A stretch of 63,806 nucleotides of DNA, counting the filler, from Hausera hauseri (lineage: Eukaryota), in the NCBI GenBank assembly GCA_046269625.1. It is 11 parts of 11 records of this genome, joined end to end, with 100 filler letters (N's around TTAATTAATTAA, not from the genome) between each part and the next. Parts side by side here need not be neighbours in the genome. Positions count along the whole stretch, not along the records: positions 1 to 4,250 come from JBJURY010676106.1; positions 4,351 to 11,703 come from JBJURY010019897.1; 9 more parts are not named here. The stretch is one strand, 5' to 3'. Position 1 is the stretch's first letter; each line of letters starts with the position of its first letter. The notes under the pieces are model-generated. The model saw nothing but the letters and a program-made list of their open reading frames with translations. It searched no databases and was not told where the DNA came from. The position numbers were made by a program, and so were the translations under genes. Of this stretch, positions 1 to 11,803 are shown one piece after another.

Positions 1-1070
1 AATATCTATCGGGTCTACACCCAATATTTCTAAATCAGTATTACTTCGATTGCTAACCGGTTTTTCTCTAAGCCGATTGATCATTGTATAATGTATTTTA
101 TCCATCTTACGTTCTAAGTTGCGGGCCACTCTTTTTAACTTCACGCCGACACTATCTTCGTCTTTACTCCATCCTAAAAATTCAACTCCACTTTTAATCC
201 ATGATTCTAATTTATGGTTCCATTTCATCAACGTATCCTGTAGTACATCTTTCGGTTGTCTCACTTCAACTGCTGTATCGGGTTTCTTTTTACTACATAA
301 TTTTAAACTCTTGTACAATTTCTCCGCAAATTGTTGTTCTTTACCAGATATATCGGTTTGTTTACTGATCTATTTAAGCCTTTCTAAATAGCGTCGGAGT
401 ATTTCTGGATCGTGACATCTAATTCTTATTTTCTTTAATCCATCGGCATTCTTCCACGAACGTCGAACCTTCCATTTTCTCGCATCCGGATCAGTATTAT
501 CTTCCGTTTCTTCCTCCCCTAAGGGAGGCGGATAAATTTCATTAATTTCATCATTGATATTTACTATCTCTGGTGTATCCAACGTTTCTACAGTCCTTTC
601 GGGCGTATCTAAGGGCGAGTTGTCTCTTAGCATAGCAATATAGAAATCTACTTTTTCTTCCACGTTTTCTTTATGGGAGATCTTGAGCGAATCTTGGATC
701 TTCTCTTAGGCGATGGGTTTTTATCTCTATTCTTCGTTATCTTGAAAACTAAGGGCCCAATAAATTCTCGTGGTTTATGTAATAATCTTACTGCTTCTAT
801 TAGGTCTGCTCTATGTTCTGGACAAATACCTAAGGTTTCGATATCCTGTTGTTTTGTCTGGGTTGTTCTTTTCGGATTCTAAGTCTAATTCTACATTCTA
901 AGATGCCGTTTGTTTCTCTGTTTGGGCTATTCCTCGCGGGACAAACTTCCTATGCGCCATATTCGTATATTTCTGTGCCAGTGCCCATTCTTCTTTGGTT
1001 TGTGATTTTCTCTGTCCGTGATAGACTTCCATTAGTTGCAATTTCTCTTCATATTCTTTTCTAGCCTTCA
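1..1070 (-). pseudogene. Degenerate coding region continuing downstream of the glycoprotein (unknown charged protein)
   Basis: ORF 370..663 continues in frame past one TAG to position 1 (ISKQTDISGKEQQFAEKLYKS...LGVDPIDI). 664-1070 is also coding-like with stops. No recognisable motif. Confidence 0.5.
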
Positions 1071-2938
1071 TTACCTGATGATTTGTAGTTTCGCATAGAT
1101 TTCGGCATGGCGTTCAACGTCATTTTTCCATCGTTTTTTTTCGTATGCTTTAAGCATTTTGCCTAACGGTATGATAATTGCGGTTAAGATTTTGCATGAA
1201 AATCCTGTTAATGTGAATATTTCGTAGCCATTTATAACCGCTTGGATCACCGCTTTTACTAGTTGTACCAAGAAACAGATGGCTAAAAATCCAGATGCGG
1301 CTTGTCCAAAAATTAATAATCTTCCCCATATTTTGTAGAGTATTTCTGTGGTTACCCGTTGGTAATGATTTGCACCCAACAGGGATTCTTATTTAGCCTG
1401 GTATTGAGTATCGTCTACTACTGATGCCATAGCTCGATTTAATTCGTGCGTCCGTTGTCGTGGAAAAGCGAGAAATTGTCGAAAAGTTTCAATTTCTTTG
1501 GGCCTGTAAATACCTTTTGGGATGTACCTTGAAACTTGTCATTTGTAATTCCTTTCGCTAAATTAGTTCCAGTTAGATTTTTGGGAATGATAGTGACACC
1601 TTCATTGAGTAAGCTAATCCATTCCGTTTCTCTACGTATAAACATTGGTTCGCCCAAACTTGCTTTGCAGTCCTTTAAGATTGTGGGTTGTGTCGCATTA
1701 TCCAGCAACACTCTGGTGATGGTCATGGCTAGACGTGGAGTATTCTGGTAAATTACAGGGAGTTCTTGCATACATCTTTTTCGACTTTAATTGGCACATC
1801 TCTTTTCTCGCATTCATATGTGAGTAAAACCTGGTTAGCAACTCGACCAAAAATTCCTTCTCTCATGGGAATAATTGGTGAGGCTAACTCAGGATTCGCA
1901 TAAATAAGAGCTAATTTTGTCCTCATAATTTCCACATTTAGTTTGCAATCGTTAGTTATCATTGTGAGGTATAGTTCGGATATTCCGACTTGTGCTTTAT
2001 AATATTAATAATCATCTCGGTTTTTCAGATAATCTTCGATTGGAATGTCTTGTGTTTCTACGTTGTATGTTTTCGCGTTTATCTCCGTTTCTGCGACGGA
2101 AAACGCTTCATAGTTAGTGGTCAGCATTACCACTTCACAACGTGAAATCATTTCCTTTTTTATGAATTTCAATTCATGTTGATCAGAGATTAATATCGTA
2201 GGTGTATGATACTCTGATACGTCTTCACATGCTCTTGAACTGATGTCGGATTTGTCTACGTATCGTTTTCCGGTGGCTTCATTAAATTTCAATTCTTTAA
2301 TCTTAATAAAATTACAGCCTTTTTCAGCAGGCGGTTCCGATATGACGACAGAACTTTTAAAGGCACAGGTTCCGTCCTGTATATGACATTTTTGTTTTTC
2401 GGTATATAGTTTAGTGACGCTATGGAACATCACTTTGTGGACTCGCATTTCCGATTCGTAAAAGTCTACTACTACTATGCTTGCTTCCAATCCTTTTCCT
2501 GTGTCGTATTTTGCTCCACTGCAATGCCCTTTATGCATACCTAGCCTTCCAACTACTAGGCATTTTTAGCTCCATACTATCCCATTTCAGTCTTTCGGTC
2601 TCTCTGGACTGCTTTCAGTGTTGTCTTTCCAAATTCATTGGGATCGGAGGAGTTGTCGGTTTAATTATTGAGGAGTGCCCGTGAATTAGCCAACAGTGAA
2701 AAATACTACGAGATCACTTCAGCATACATTCCATACCATCCAAAGATATCAATTCTTGTTGTTGATATAGGAAATAACTCTTTTCCTTTGTTTCCAATTT
2801 ATGTGGTCTGGCATCTTCACATGCTTCTAAATCCATTAGTAAGTATTTTTGTCCAAGCTTTAATCTATCGCAATCGTAAACGATGACGGCCTCCAACTGT
2901 TTTATCAACATCATTATGGTGAGCAAACTGATTATCCA
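1071..2938 (-). pseudogene. Chuvirus-like (Jingchuvirales-type) class III fusion glycoprotein / env, frameshifted
   Basis: Internal signal peptide WIISLLTIMMLIKQLEA, then VIVYDC...C, GHCSGAKY, MITNDCKL, QELPVIYQN, and the membrane region WGRLLIFGQAASGFLAICFLVQLVKAVIQAVINGY. The motif order matches chuvirus-type glycoproteins. Split over ORFs 2714..3058, 2005..2538, 1753..1962, 1439..1771 and 1071..1379. Confidence 0.8.
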
Positions 2939-4250
2939 ATTAGATTCGTTCTTTCGGTTGTTATTATCTGTTGTCGTTAGATTCCGTATAATGTCTCCGA
3001 GTCCATTATTACTGTACCTTTTGTCTTCTTCCTTGTCAAACAGCTTCGGCCAATTCACTTAGCAGGGAAGCTTTTTAGATGCTCTTCGCGCCGAACTTGT
3101 AGCTAGGTTTAGTTCATTTTCTCGATTTGAATTTGTCTTAATTGCCAAGTACAATAATACTTTTCTTAGTTCTTCTATCGTATTCTCCACCATAATCTTC
3201 TCAATTTCTGCGTCGTCAGTTAGGCTACTTTTTGACAGTTTAAAACGCGAACTTCTCATTGTTCTAGCTGCGTTAAATGTCGCCTTTTCTTTATTATACA
3301 ATACATCTCCGCGGGGACTTGAATAATTTACAACAAGTATTAAATTCTTCATTAACTCGCTAAATTCTTTATTGTCAGTGCTAAAGGTAGGAATAAACAT
3401 CTGTCTCAGTTCTCTAATTAGTTCTCCGTTATAGGCAACTTCTCCTCGGGGCTTCCTAGGTCTGCCGACTGGGCGTTTCGGTCTTGGAGCATTAACTGGC
3501 ATTCCATTTAGCGGTACTAGATTCTTGTCGTATTGTTCCTTGTCCTCATCCGTCTGTAAGTACTCGAAATACATTGCTGCATCTCGTACTCCCATGATTT
3601 GCCTTACGCATTGTTCCGTTTCGGCCTTCCTCGTGGCCTCTTCTTTTGTCTGTTTGTTGGCTATTATTATTACTATTTGATTTGTTTCATCAGCAATAAT
3701 TTTGACGTCTATTAATTGTTCTAAATTGTAAACTATTCTTCCTCTAAAGTAAAATCTGTAATTTAGCTCATTTGTTACGCCATTGTTTAGCATCCATTCT
3801 CTTACGTCCTTTACATAGGAGCGTGTAGTTAACACACATTCTTTTTCTTCCGTCAATTCGGATGACATCATTATTTTCATAGTTACCTCATGTTTATTCT
3901 TCAAGATTTTCGCATACTTCTTTACTAAAAGCTTCGGCACCGTGTTGTAAATCATGTTTTCACTGGAAAATTTAGTCAAAGTCGGAATGAGTTCTCTGAG
4001 CTTATTTTCAGTCATATTCACATTAATTCATTCCATCAAGACGTTCTCGGTTAACGCTGAGTTTAGGAGAATATCCACATTGAATTTCCTGTTCTGCGGA
4101 TACTGTTAGCGTTGAGATATGGGACGAAACGCGGAGTCTGTGAAACACCATTTATTTCAACGTCATGTTGTACATTAAAACGGAGTTCTCCTTCGTCGAG
4201 TTGGTGATTTGACCGCTTGATGATTTCTTCGGATTGCATTGTTGTCAAAA
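2939..4250 (-). pseudogene. Polyprotein region upstream of env, with ubiquitin-like domain (~3659-3889) and AT-hook (~3446-3487)
   Basis: ORF 3059..4021 is in frame with 2714..3058, separated by one stop. YRFYFRGRIVYNLEQLIDVKI resembles ubiquitin [30 protein letters not shown] is an AT-hook-like GRP core. Confidence 0.6.
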
Positions 4251-4350
4251 NNNNNNNNNNNNNNNNNNNNNNNNNNNNNNNNNNNNNNNNNNNNTTAATT
4301 AATTAANNNNNNNNNNNNNNNNNNNNNNNNNNNNNNNNNNNNNNNNNNNN
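4251..4350. other. Artificial contig linker (44N-TTAATTAATTAA-44N); repeated at 11704, 16376, 20925, 26689, 31530, 40048, 44914, 50310, 59096
   Basis: Ten identical 100-bp spacers with six-frame stops; sequence content is unrelated across each one. Confidence 0.97.
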
Positions 4351-5039
4351 TTACAAGTCCAATTGTTCATTAAAGCGAACATGTTGCATCCACTGCACCA
4401 GCGAACTTAATTTGTCCTGTCTATCTTTACCATAACCGGTATGTCATCAGATGTACTTGACTCAAGATAATTGGTGTTCATACATGATAACAGCTGGGTT
4501 TAGGTTCGTGTAAAATGGCCTTGACATATCATTCCATAATGGATCTAATTAACCAAATATTTTGACACAAGTGACGATATATCCAGCTGTGATGAGATAA
4601 TTATCGCATGATGAGACTTGTGAACTACGATTAACATGTGGTGTATACAGAAGAATATTTTTTAAGTAACGAATATATAAATGAAAGTAGATGGACAGTG
4701 AAATGTCGATTAATTCTCAAATAATTTTGTAAAATTAAATTTGTATAACATAAGTAATGGTCGTACTGTATTAGTTGACAAATATGAAAGATCTTGTGAT
4801 CTTTGTTGAATGATAACTACAGAGTACGCCATAAGTTACTATCACGTGCAAAAAATAGATAGTTAATATTTTATTCTTTGCCACAAAGTAAAAAACATTT
4901 CCAAATGCAGTTAAAAATGTCACACATCGTAAGGATCAACTTGAAGATCATTATGGAATACACAACTATGGACGGCTAAATGTGCGTCGATTAATAACAA
5001 TTAAATGGTCAGGAGAAATGTCTGAAAATGCGTTCCTGA

Positions 5040-5572
5040 TCGCATTCTTTAATTTCTCGATATTTCCAGCCTTCTGAGGGACAATTTTGGGCTTATTGAT
5101 CCCTCATTGGCATTATCTTATGAGGTGAGATGGGGGCTTCGATCGGGACAAGGAATTGGCCCGACTGTNNNNNNNNNNCCTGTTTATATCCCATGACTCA
5201 TCCTCGAACCACATCGATTTTTCTCCACTGAGGAGGAGGGTTTGGTGCTGTGCGCTCCCTTCCCTCTACTATCACATTCTTCAATTTCTTGATATTTCCA
5301 GCTTTCTGAGCGACGACTTTTGGCTTAATTATTCCCCACAGGGCATTATCGCATGAGGTGAGGTCGGGGCTTCGAGCGGGCCAAGGACCTGGACCGAACC
5401 TGCCCACCCGTCTGTCCGGAAATGTCTCGTCCAAGAACTTCCTCGTGGATTTTGCAGTATGTGCTGGTGTGCCGTTCTGCTGAAAGTGAGAGTGGAACAA
5501 TATTCCTTTTGCGTGTAAGTCAGGAACAAATTTATTGCGGAGCAAGGTTGTTGTGTCCTCGGTTTTCATCAA
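5040..5572 (-). mobile_element. Tc1/mariner-superfamily transposase C-terminal fragment, partly duplicated in tandem
   Basis: FQQNGTPAHT...FPDRRVGRFGPGPWPARSPDLTSCDNALWG (degenerate QQDGAPAH and SPDL motifs). 5040-5168 is a diverged copy of ~5275-5400. Confidence 0.8.
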
Positions 5573-5579
5573 AGGTTAT

Positions 5580-6110
5580 ATGTATCTTTTCTATATCAGG
5601 TTTATTTATGAATAACATAAAACAAATGATCCGATTTCGTTGGTGCTTGGAAATACCTCCAGAAAAATTTCTTTGCACCAACGAAGCTTGTTTTCTTGTA
5701 GGAACGGGGAATTTATTATACACGATAGATTTCAAGTTTTCACAAAAATATTTATTTTTAACACAATAAATAAATGATCCAAATAGCTTAGTACCAAGGA
5801 TAATTCAGTATTACGATATTGTATATTATAGTCCTCTTTCGAATCTCTTTTTCTGAATTTGAATTCAACTTTTTAGTATTTTAATTTTAATTTTAATTTG
5901 TACGCTCTTTTTTCTTTTTCTGTTTTTTAAACTGGAACCAGGTGCATTGATAGAGCAAAGTGATTCCGGAAATCAAATGGTAATACCTCCGGCAGCTATT
6001 TACAATAAATAATTCTATACATATAATCTACTATTATAATAGTACAATATGTATAAGGATACTAATATCTGGCGAACAATAACACCCGTGGTGGGCACCA
6101 CACTACTCCC
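5580..6110 (-). repeat. PPT (6103-6110) and 3' LTR of the contig 2 Gypsy element (left boundary approximate)
   Basis: Minus strand reads GGGAGTAG|TGTGGTGCCC; the same GAGTAG|TGTGGTGCC junction occurs at 61565. Confidence 0.6.
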
Positions 6111-6589
6111 ACGGTGAAAGTGAAAATCGTGAAATCAAAACAAACAAAAAATACATAAGACGAAAAGAAACCGCAGAGAAAATGTTTATGAGTTTTTTGT
6201 GTGAATCTGGCGTTGTATTCCTTCAGAATTAAGTTGTCTACTGTAGGTACTAAATGTCACTGACTTATGATGTATCAATGTTTTGGTGTCTGGTTGTTGG
6301 AGTGGGTTTGGAAGAATAATATCAGCTTCTGTAGAGTGGGATGTTATCTCCGGCAAATGTAATCCAGAAGGTAAAGAAGTGTATGAGGGTGTATGATTGA
6401 TGTTATCTTGTGAAGTACTAGAGGATAATGAGTCTGAAGAATGAGGAAGGTTTTCAGTGACAAAAGTATAGTCTGGAATAGGAATAGGAGGACAACTGAA
6501 AAGTGAAGTAGAGGTAGAAACAGAAACAGGAACAGAAGGAGATGTAAGAGTCAGAAAAGGAGTTAATGTTTCAATAGGAGAGGTATCAT

Positions 6590-9500
6590 CAACGAAAAAG
6601 GCAGGTTTTACGTTGTTAATATGAACCGCGATTTTTTGCCGTATTTAAGGATGACGGCATTGTGCGAGTGTAATTGGATCCGTTTATATGGTCTACTGTG
6701 GTTGGAAACCGCTCGGTGTTTGAATTTTAGCCAAATGAATTTTGCTGAATATAGGTCATTTGGTAAATATTTCTTGTCATTGTGTAACAACATACAAAAT
6801 AAGTCTTTACTGACCGTAACAAAGCGGTTTTATGCCTCTCTAATTATTTTATCTGTAGGTGTGTCTTCTAAAGCGGTCAATTCGAACAATGACCGTACAG
6901 AATCATCAAATAGGGATTCTGTAGGTGAGCATCCTGCAGAAGTGGATAGAGTGTTCCGCCAGCCAATCAGAACGAAGTGTAAGAGAGTTTTCCAGTTTGC
7001 ATTGGATTCTGCCAGAATTTTAAGCGATGTTTTTATCGTTCGATGAAATCTTTCAAGAAGGCCGTTCGATTGAGGATGATAAGGTATCGTATGGATGTGA
7101 TTATCCCCAATCGGTTAACCAGGGATTTAAACAGATTTGATTGGAATTGAGGACCTTAGTCCGAGATGATGAAACGAGGCGATACGAACCTATTAATCTA
7201 CGTACGAATGAAAGCATCCGCTATTGTGTCAGTGTTTGTGCTCCGCACAGGGATGGCTTTGGGCCATCGCGACGAACGATCCATCATGGTCAGAATGAAT
7301 TGATAACCGTTGTCTAGTGGAAGAGGGCCGACGAAATCGATATGTACGGATTCAAAACGTGATGCACAAGGGAAGTGAAATAGTGGTGGCCAAACTACTT
7401 GTCGTTGAAGTAAGCGGAAAGTTTCCTTGGCACCAATGTGGTGTAATGAATATACGCTATCAAATGCTTGTTTTTATAAAGATGGCGCAAGAATTATTTT
7501 GAGTTATCCTGGTTTAAAAGTGCCTAAGGCCACGCCATCAATGATGTTGTGAGACTCAAGCGAATTAAGAAAATCATGAGATGGCTGATTTTCTTGAAGA
7601 TTTCAATGGGTAAAAATTGGTAGAAAGTTGATTGAACTAACTGACCTAGATAAAAAATCGGAAACTAAATTATTAACGCCGTTGATATATTTGATATTGA
7701 AACTAAAAGTTTACAGATACGAAATTTGTCGTTCTTGACGTGTAGATAGGTGTTTCATAGTCATAATATTGACTAAAGGTTTGTGATCAGTTTGGATAAC
7801 GAAACTGTCAGCTGTAAGTGAGAGAAATGTTTTAAGGCCAAAACTATCGCCAGTAATTCTCGATCGAATGTAGAATACTTAGTTTCTGGTGGTGCTAATT
7901 TTCTAGAGAAAAATTTGAGTAGTTAATTTTCGCCTTTGTATAAGTGATGTAACACAGAACCTACCGCAGTGGTTGAAGCGTCTGAAGTGAGAATAAGTTC
8001 AGCGTCAGGTTTAGGAAATGCAAGAATTTCTACGGTTTTGAGACCTTAGTGCAGTTTATCAAACTTATGAAGCAATTCAGGTGTCAATTAAATAGACTGA
8101 TGTTTTTTCCCACTGCTCAAATGTGCGGAAGGTGCCGTGAGTTCCGGACAATATGGAACATATTTGTGGACGAAATGTAAAGTCCCCAAGAAACTCCTCA
8201 TTTCTGTTTTGGTTATTGGTAGTCGTATGCTTTTGATAGTTTCAAAACGTTCTGGCTGGAGAGAATGACCATTTGCTGAAATGATGTGGCCGAGAAAGTT
8301 TATAGACTTTTGGACGAAGTGACATTTCGTAAAATTAATTTGTAAATTATGGTGGTTAAGTCGTTGGAGAATAGAACGAAGGTGTTACTCGTGCTGTTTG
8401 GTTAAAGACGAAGCAATTAAGATATCGTCGATATATGGATGCGCGAAGGTGAAATCCGACAGCATTGAATCAATGTGACGTTGGAAAGTCTGTGCAGCGT
8501 TGCGTAAACCAAAAGGCATATAAATGTATTCGTACAGGCCGAAAGGTGTCGTAACGGCAGTTTTCTCATTATCCTCGGGTGCTACAGGAATATGATGATA
8601 TGCCTTAGCTAAGTCTATGGTTGAATATACTTTAGTGGAATTGAGCCGGTGCAGGATATGCTTAATTAGTGGTAATGGATTTGCATTCATAATAGTTAAA
8701 GTGTTGCCGCATGGTCAGAAAGATCCATCTTTTTTGGACAACGTGCAAAGACGAAGACCACGGCGATTTAGATCTGCATAAAATGTCGGAGCGTTCAAAG
8801 TCTAGAAATTCCGCTTCGACAGCTTGCCTACGACGAGGTGACAATGGACGTACCTTTTGACGAATAGGTCCTTGGTGTTGAGTTATAATATGATGAAAAG
8901 TGCTGTTTGTAGGTGTGTAGGTTCGGTCCTTCTGGATTAAGCGGGAGCATTAAATGTGTATGTATTGCCGTAGACTGGCAGGCAATTGTGAGAGATTGGG
9001 TGGTGTGCAGTGAAGAGTGATGTTTGCGAAGTATTGAAATCAAGGGGAATTTGGTGTAGGATAGTAGTATTAAAAATGGTGTTTGAAGAGGTAGTTTTGT
9101 CTAGTTAATGTACCGAACCAACACAATCGTAGTTATCAAAGCCAAATCTCAACGAAATATTAATATTATCATTAAAAATGTACAAAATGAAAAATTATTG
9201 TTAAAGAAGTTTGGATTAGTTATAGGATTTTTGAGTATAGACTTCCGCAGGAAGATCGTTTGCGCCTTAGTGGATATATCATTTATTTGCTTGGTAAGAT
9301 ATCCAGTAGTGTTACTTTTCAGACATTGTTGTTTGCAATTAACTAAAAGATTATAGTTGGATACGAAATCGGAACCTAGGATTGCTGTGAAGAAGTTGGC
9401 GATGGTAAACGTCCAATGAAACGTGGAATGAAAGTTTGGTAAGGTGAACGACAATTAGATGTATCTAAAATGTCAGGCGGTTGTCCTGACGCCGTAAATA

Positions 9501-9620
9501 ATGATTTAACTTGGAATGGTGAATTTTGTACACGGAAAGTTAGTGGTAGCAAAGGAACCGCAGCGCATGTGTCGATAAGAAAGTCTGTGGATTGAGTTGT
9601 TGGTGTGGTTATCGAAGCAT
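6590..9620 (-). pseudogene. pol: Ty3/Gypsy (CsRN1-like) pol: protease, RT, RNase H, integrase; degenerate
   Basis: FLIDTCAA and ILGSDF (protease); IDLAKAYHHIPV, TPFGLYEYIYMPFGLRNAAQTFQR, YIDDILI (RT); TSDAS and YSTFDRELLAI (RNase H); FESVHIDFVGPL and YHPQSNGLLERFHRT (integrase). Domain order PR-RT-RH-IN. Confidence 0.93.
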
Positions 9621-9789
9621 TTAGTGCAAAAACTGCAAAAGACGTGTGTCGGCAGGTAGTATTAGAGAAGTTGACTTTGCCAGACTCTGCCCTGAAAACT
9701 GGCGGCGAAATTAGTTTTTTTGGATTAGTGATATCGGCCGACTATTACTAGGGGAAATAGAACGTCTGTCGGTGGTATAGTTAGCGTTG

Positions 9790-10672
9790 TTCTTATAGGT
9801 GCAGCCGCAAAAGACATTTCTGTGCGTGGAATCTAAATTTCGCATGGTACATGCAAACAATTTTGTCTGAATGTAAATTTGGAGTGTAATATATACATCC
9901 TAAACAGCATTTATTAGCTTTACTATTAAATGTGTTATGATAATAGCACACAAAAGATCGTGTAGGCGATGGTGACTGTTTCTGGAAACAGAACGAGTAC
10001 GATTATAACACTTCTTCGTTTAACCTATTATTCATATTATTTATTGTCTGTTGTAGTGCTAAATTTTCAGCGCGTAATTGGCTCTACTGTTGCTATATTG
10101 TTGTATTGAGTTGATTGTCTCTTGATGTTACCGCGGCTGATACAATCGGTTGGGAATTCAATTGTTGCACTTCATATGCTTTATAGGCCAATACCGATAA
10201 TTTATCCAACGCCGTAGATTCCTCATCAACGTTAAGAAGTGACCTAATTTGTATAGGCAACGCGTTTAAGAAATATCGGCGCAGAACGTCTGAATTATGC
10301 TGCTTAGTTACACCCAGCGTTTGTAAGTTAGTCAACGACGTACGCTGGAACTCATAAGGCTTTTGTGTACCTATTGCGTTATCATTAAAGAAGCGATGAA
10401 TTTTAGAGTCCATGGACGGCTCTGTAAGTTTTGAAACTGCATTGTAAAGCTGAGTATAAGGGTCGGCCTGCTGAAAAATAGCTATGAGACTGTGGATACA
10501 AGTTTTGATGTTGGTTAGCTTTAGCCAGAGGATCAGTAATGTCACAAGATTGAAGCCATAGTTGGTGAAACTGCAATTAAGTTTTGCTAGAATTTTGGTT
10601 GTCAGTAAAATATTCAGTACACTGAGATGGGCTTGTAGATTGCTCAGTAATCACATGAAATTTCTGGACCAT
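9790..10672 (-). pseudogene. gag: Gypsy gag with two CHCC-type zinc knuckles
   Basis: DPYTQL, IGTQKP and FLNALPIQIRSLL, then CYYHNTFNSKANKCCLGC and CMYHAKFRFHAQKC. CHCC knuckles are characteristic of the CsRN1 clade. Confidence 0.8.
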
Positions 10673-10848
10673 TCATCTAATATATAATGATTGTTGCAAT
10701 GAACTCAAACTGGAACAAGAAACAGGAACAACTTAAAAGTCACTAAAATTATTGTTTTTATAAAACTTCATAAACTGTGCACATACGACTGTGCTTATTT
10801 AAACAACAAACGAAATGTCCATATAATTCTGTTTCTTCCTATTGAGTG

Positions 10849-11703
10849 AATGTGGATACCACATCAGCACCCCCTGGTTTAGTCAGTTTTGCCAGGCCGG
10901 ATCCAACGAGGGTCATCTGGTGATCAGCACGTCTGTGGATTATAATCGAGAAGCATTATGTTTGGTATGGATTGTTCTACTTCTCTATTATAGGATGAAG
11001 CAATGTTGACGAAGCTCGCACTGGCAACGCTGTATCTTTCGGTACTGCCACGTAATGCAATGGACATAGTTAAAACAGTGAACAGTCCTTTTCTTTCCAA
11101 TTGACTTGGAGATTTTATGAATAACGATCTAATGAACTCTGGATATAGGCCGTAAATTGTTCGACAATTACTCCTTGGATGAGCTTGAAAAGCGTTTTGA
11201 TCAAATCATATGCCGATTTCTGACGAGTGAGTGCATTGGATCCTTCAATATATTGACGAATATACTCTGCTGAGAAAGTACAATGAGAATCGTTTGAACA
11301 ATCGTCGGTTTTTAACATTTTATTCGGTGGATGATAGAACGACGAATCACTATCATCACAATCGGATTTACGAGAACGTTTGTGAGATTTGTAAGAAGGC
11401 AAATTGTTTGGGCTATGAGATTTGTGAAAGAGACCTGTTTGTCTAAGTTGTGATGATTTGGATTTCTTACAATCATTCAAATCGACGTTAGCAGCACCGC
11501 AAGTCCCTAATGTATCGACTGCATCGTCGATGGAGAAATAAAATAACTTTTGGATTTCGCCGTGATGCAGATGTGGAACATAAAAATCGAATTGATGTTC
11601 TTGGACTATAAGACAACCAGTCTGTCCTGTGTCAACTGGTTGATAGAGAACTGTCGATCCTAAAGGATCTGTAACCGTTATGGAATATTGAACGTCTTCG
11701 CGC
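10849..11703 (-). mobile_element. 3' part of a pol-less satellite LTR element (ORF, PPT at 10864-10876, LTR start at 10863), homologous to 29470..31300
   Basis: Protein similarity to the contig 6 ORF (CGAANVDLNDCKKSKSS vs CGAATVDLNCFKKSKSS; PPNKMLKTDDC; C*SPDDPRW vs CWNPHDPRW), followed by AGGGGGTGCTGA|TGTGGTATCCACATT. Confidence 0.7.
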
Positions 11704-11803
11704 NNNNNNNNNNNNNNNNNNNNNNNNNNNNNNNNNNNNNNNNNNNNTTAATTAATTAANNNNNNNNNNNNNNNNNNNNNNNNNNNNNNNNNNNNNNNNN
11801 NNN

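Noticed and set aside
6621-7502. Antisense ORFs over retroelement and Polinton genes (here and throughout)
   Set aside because: Shadow frames of real opposite-strand coding sequence with no motifs of their own.
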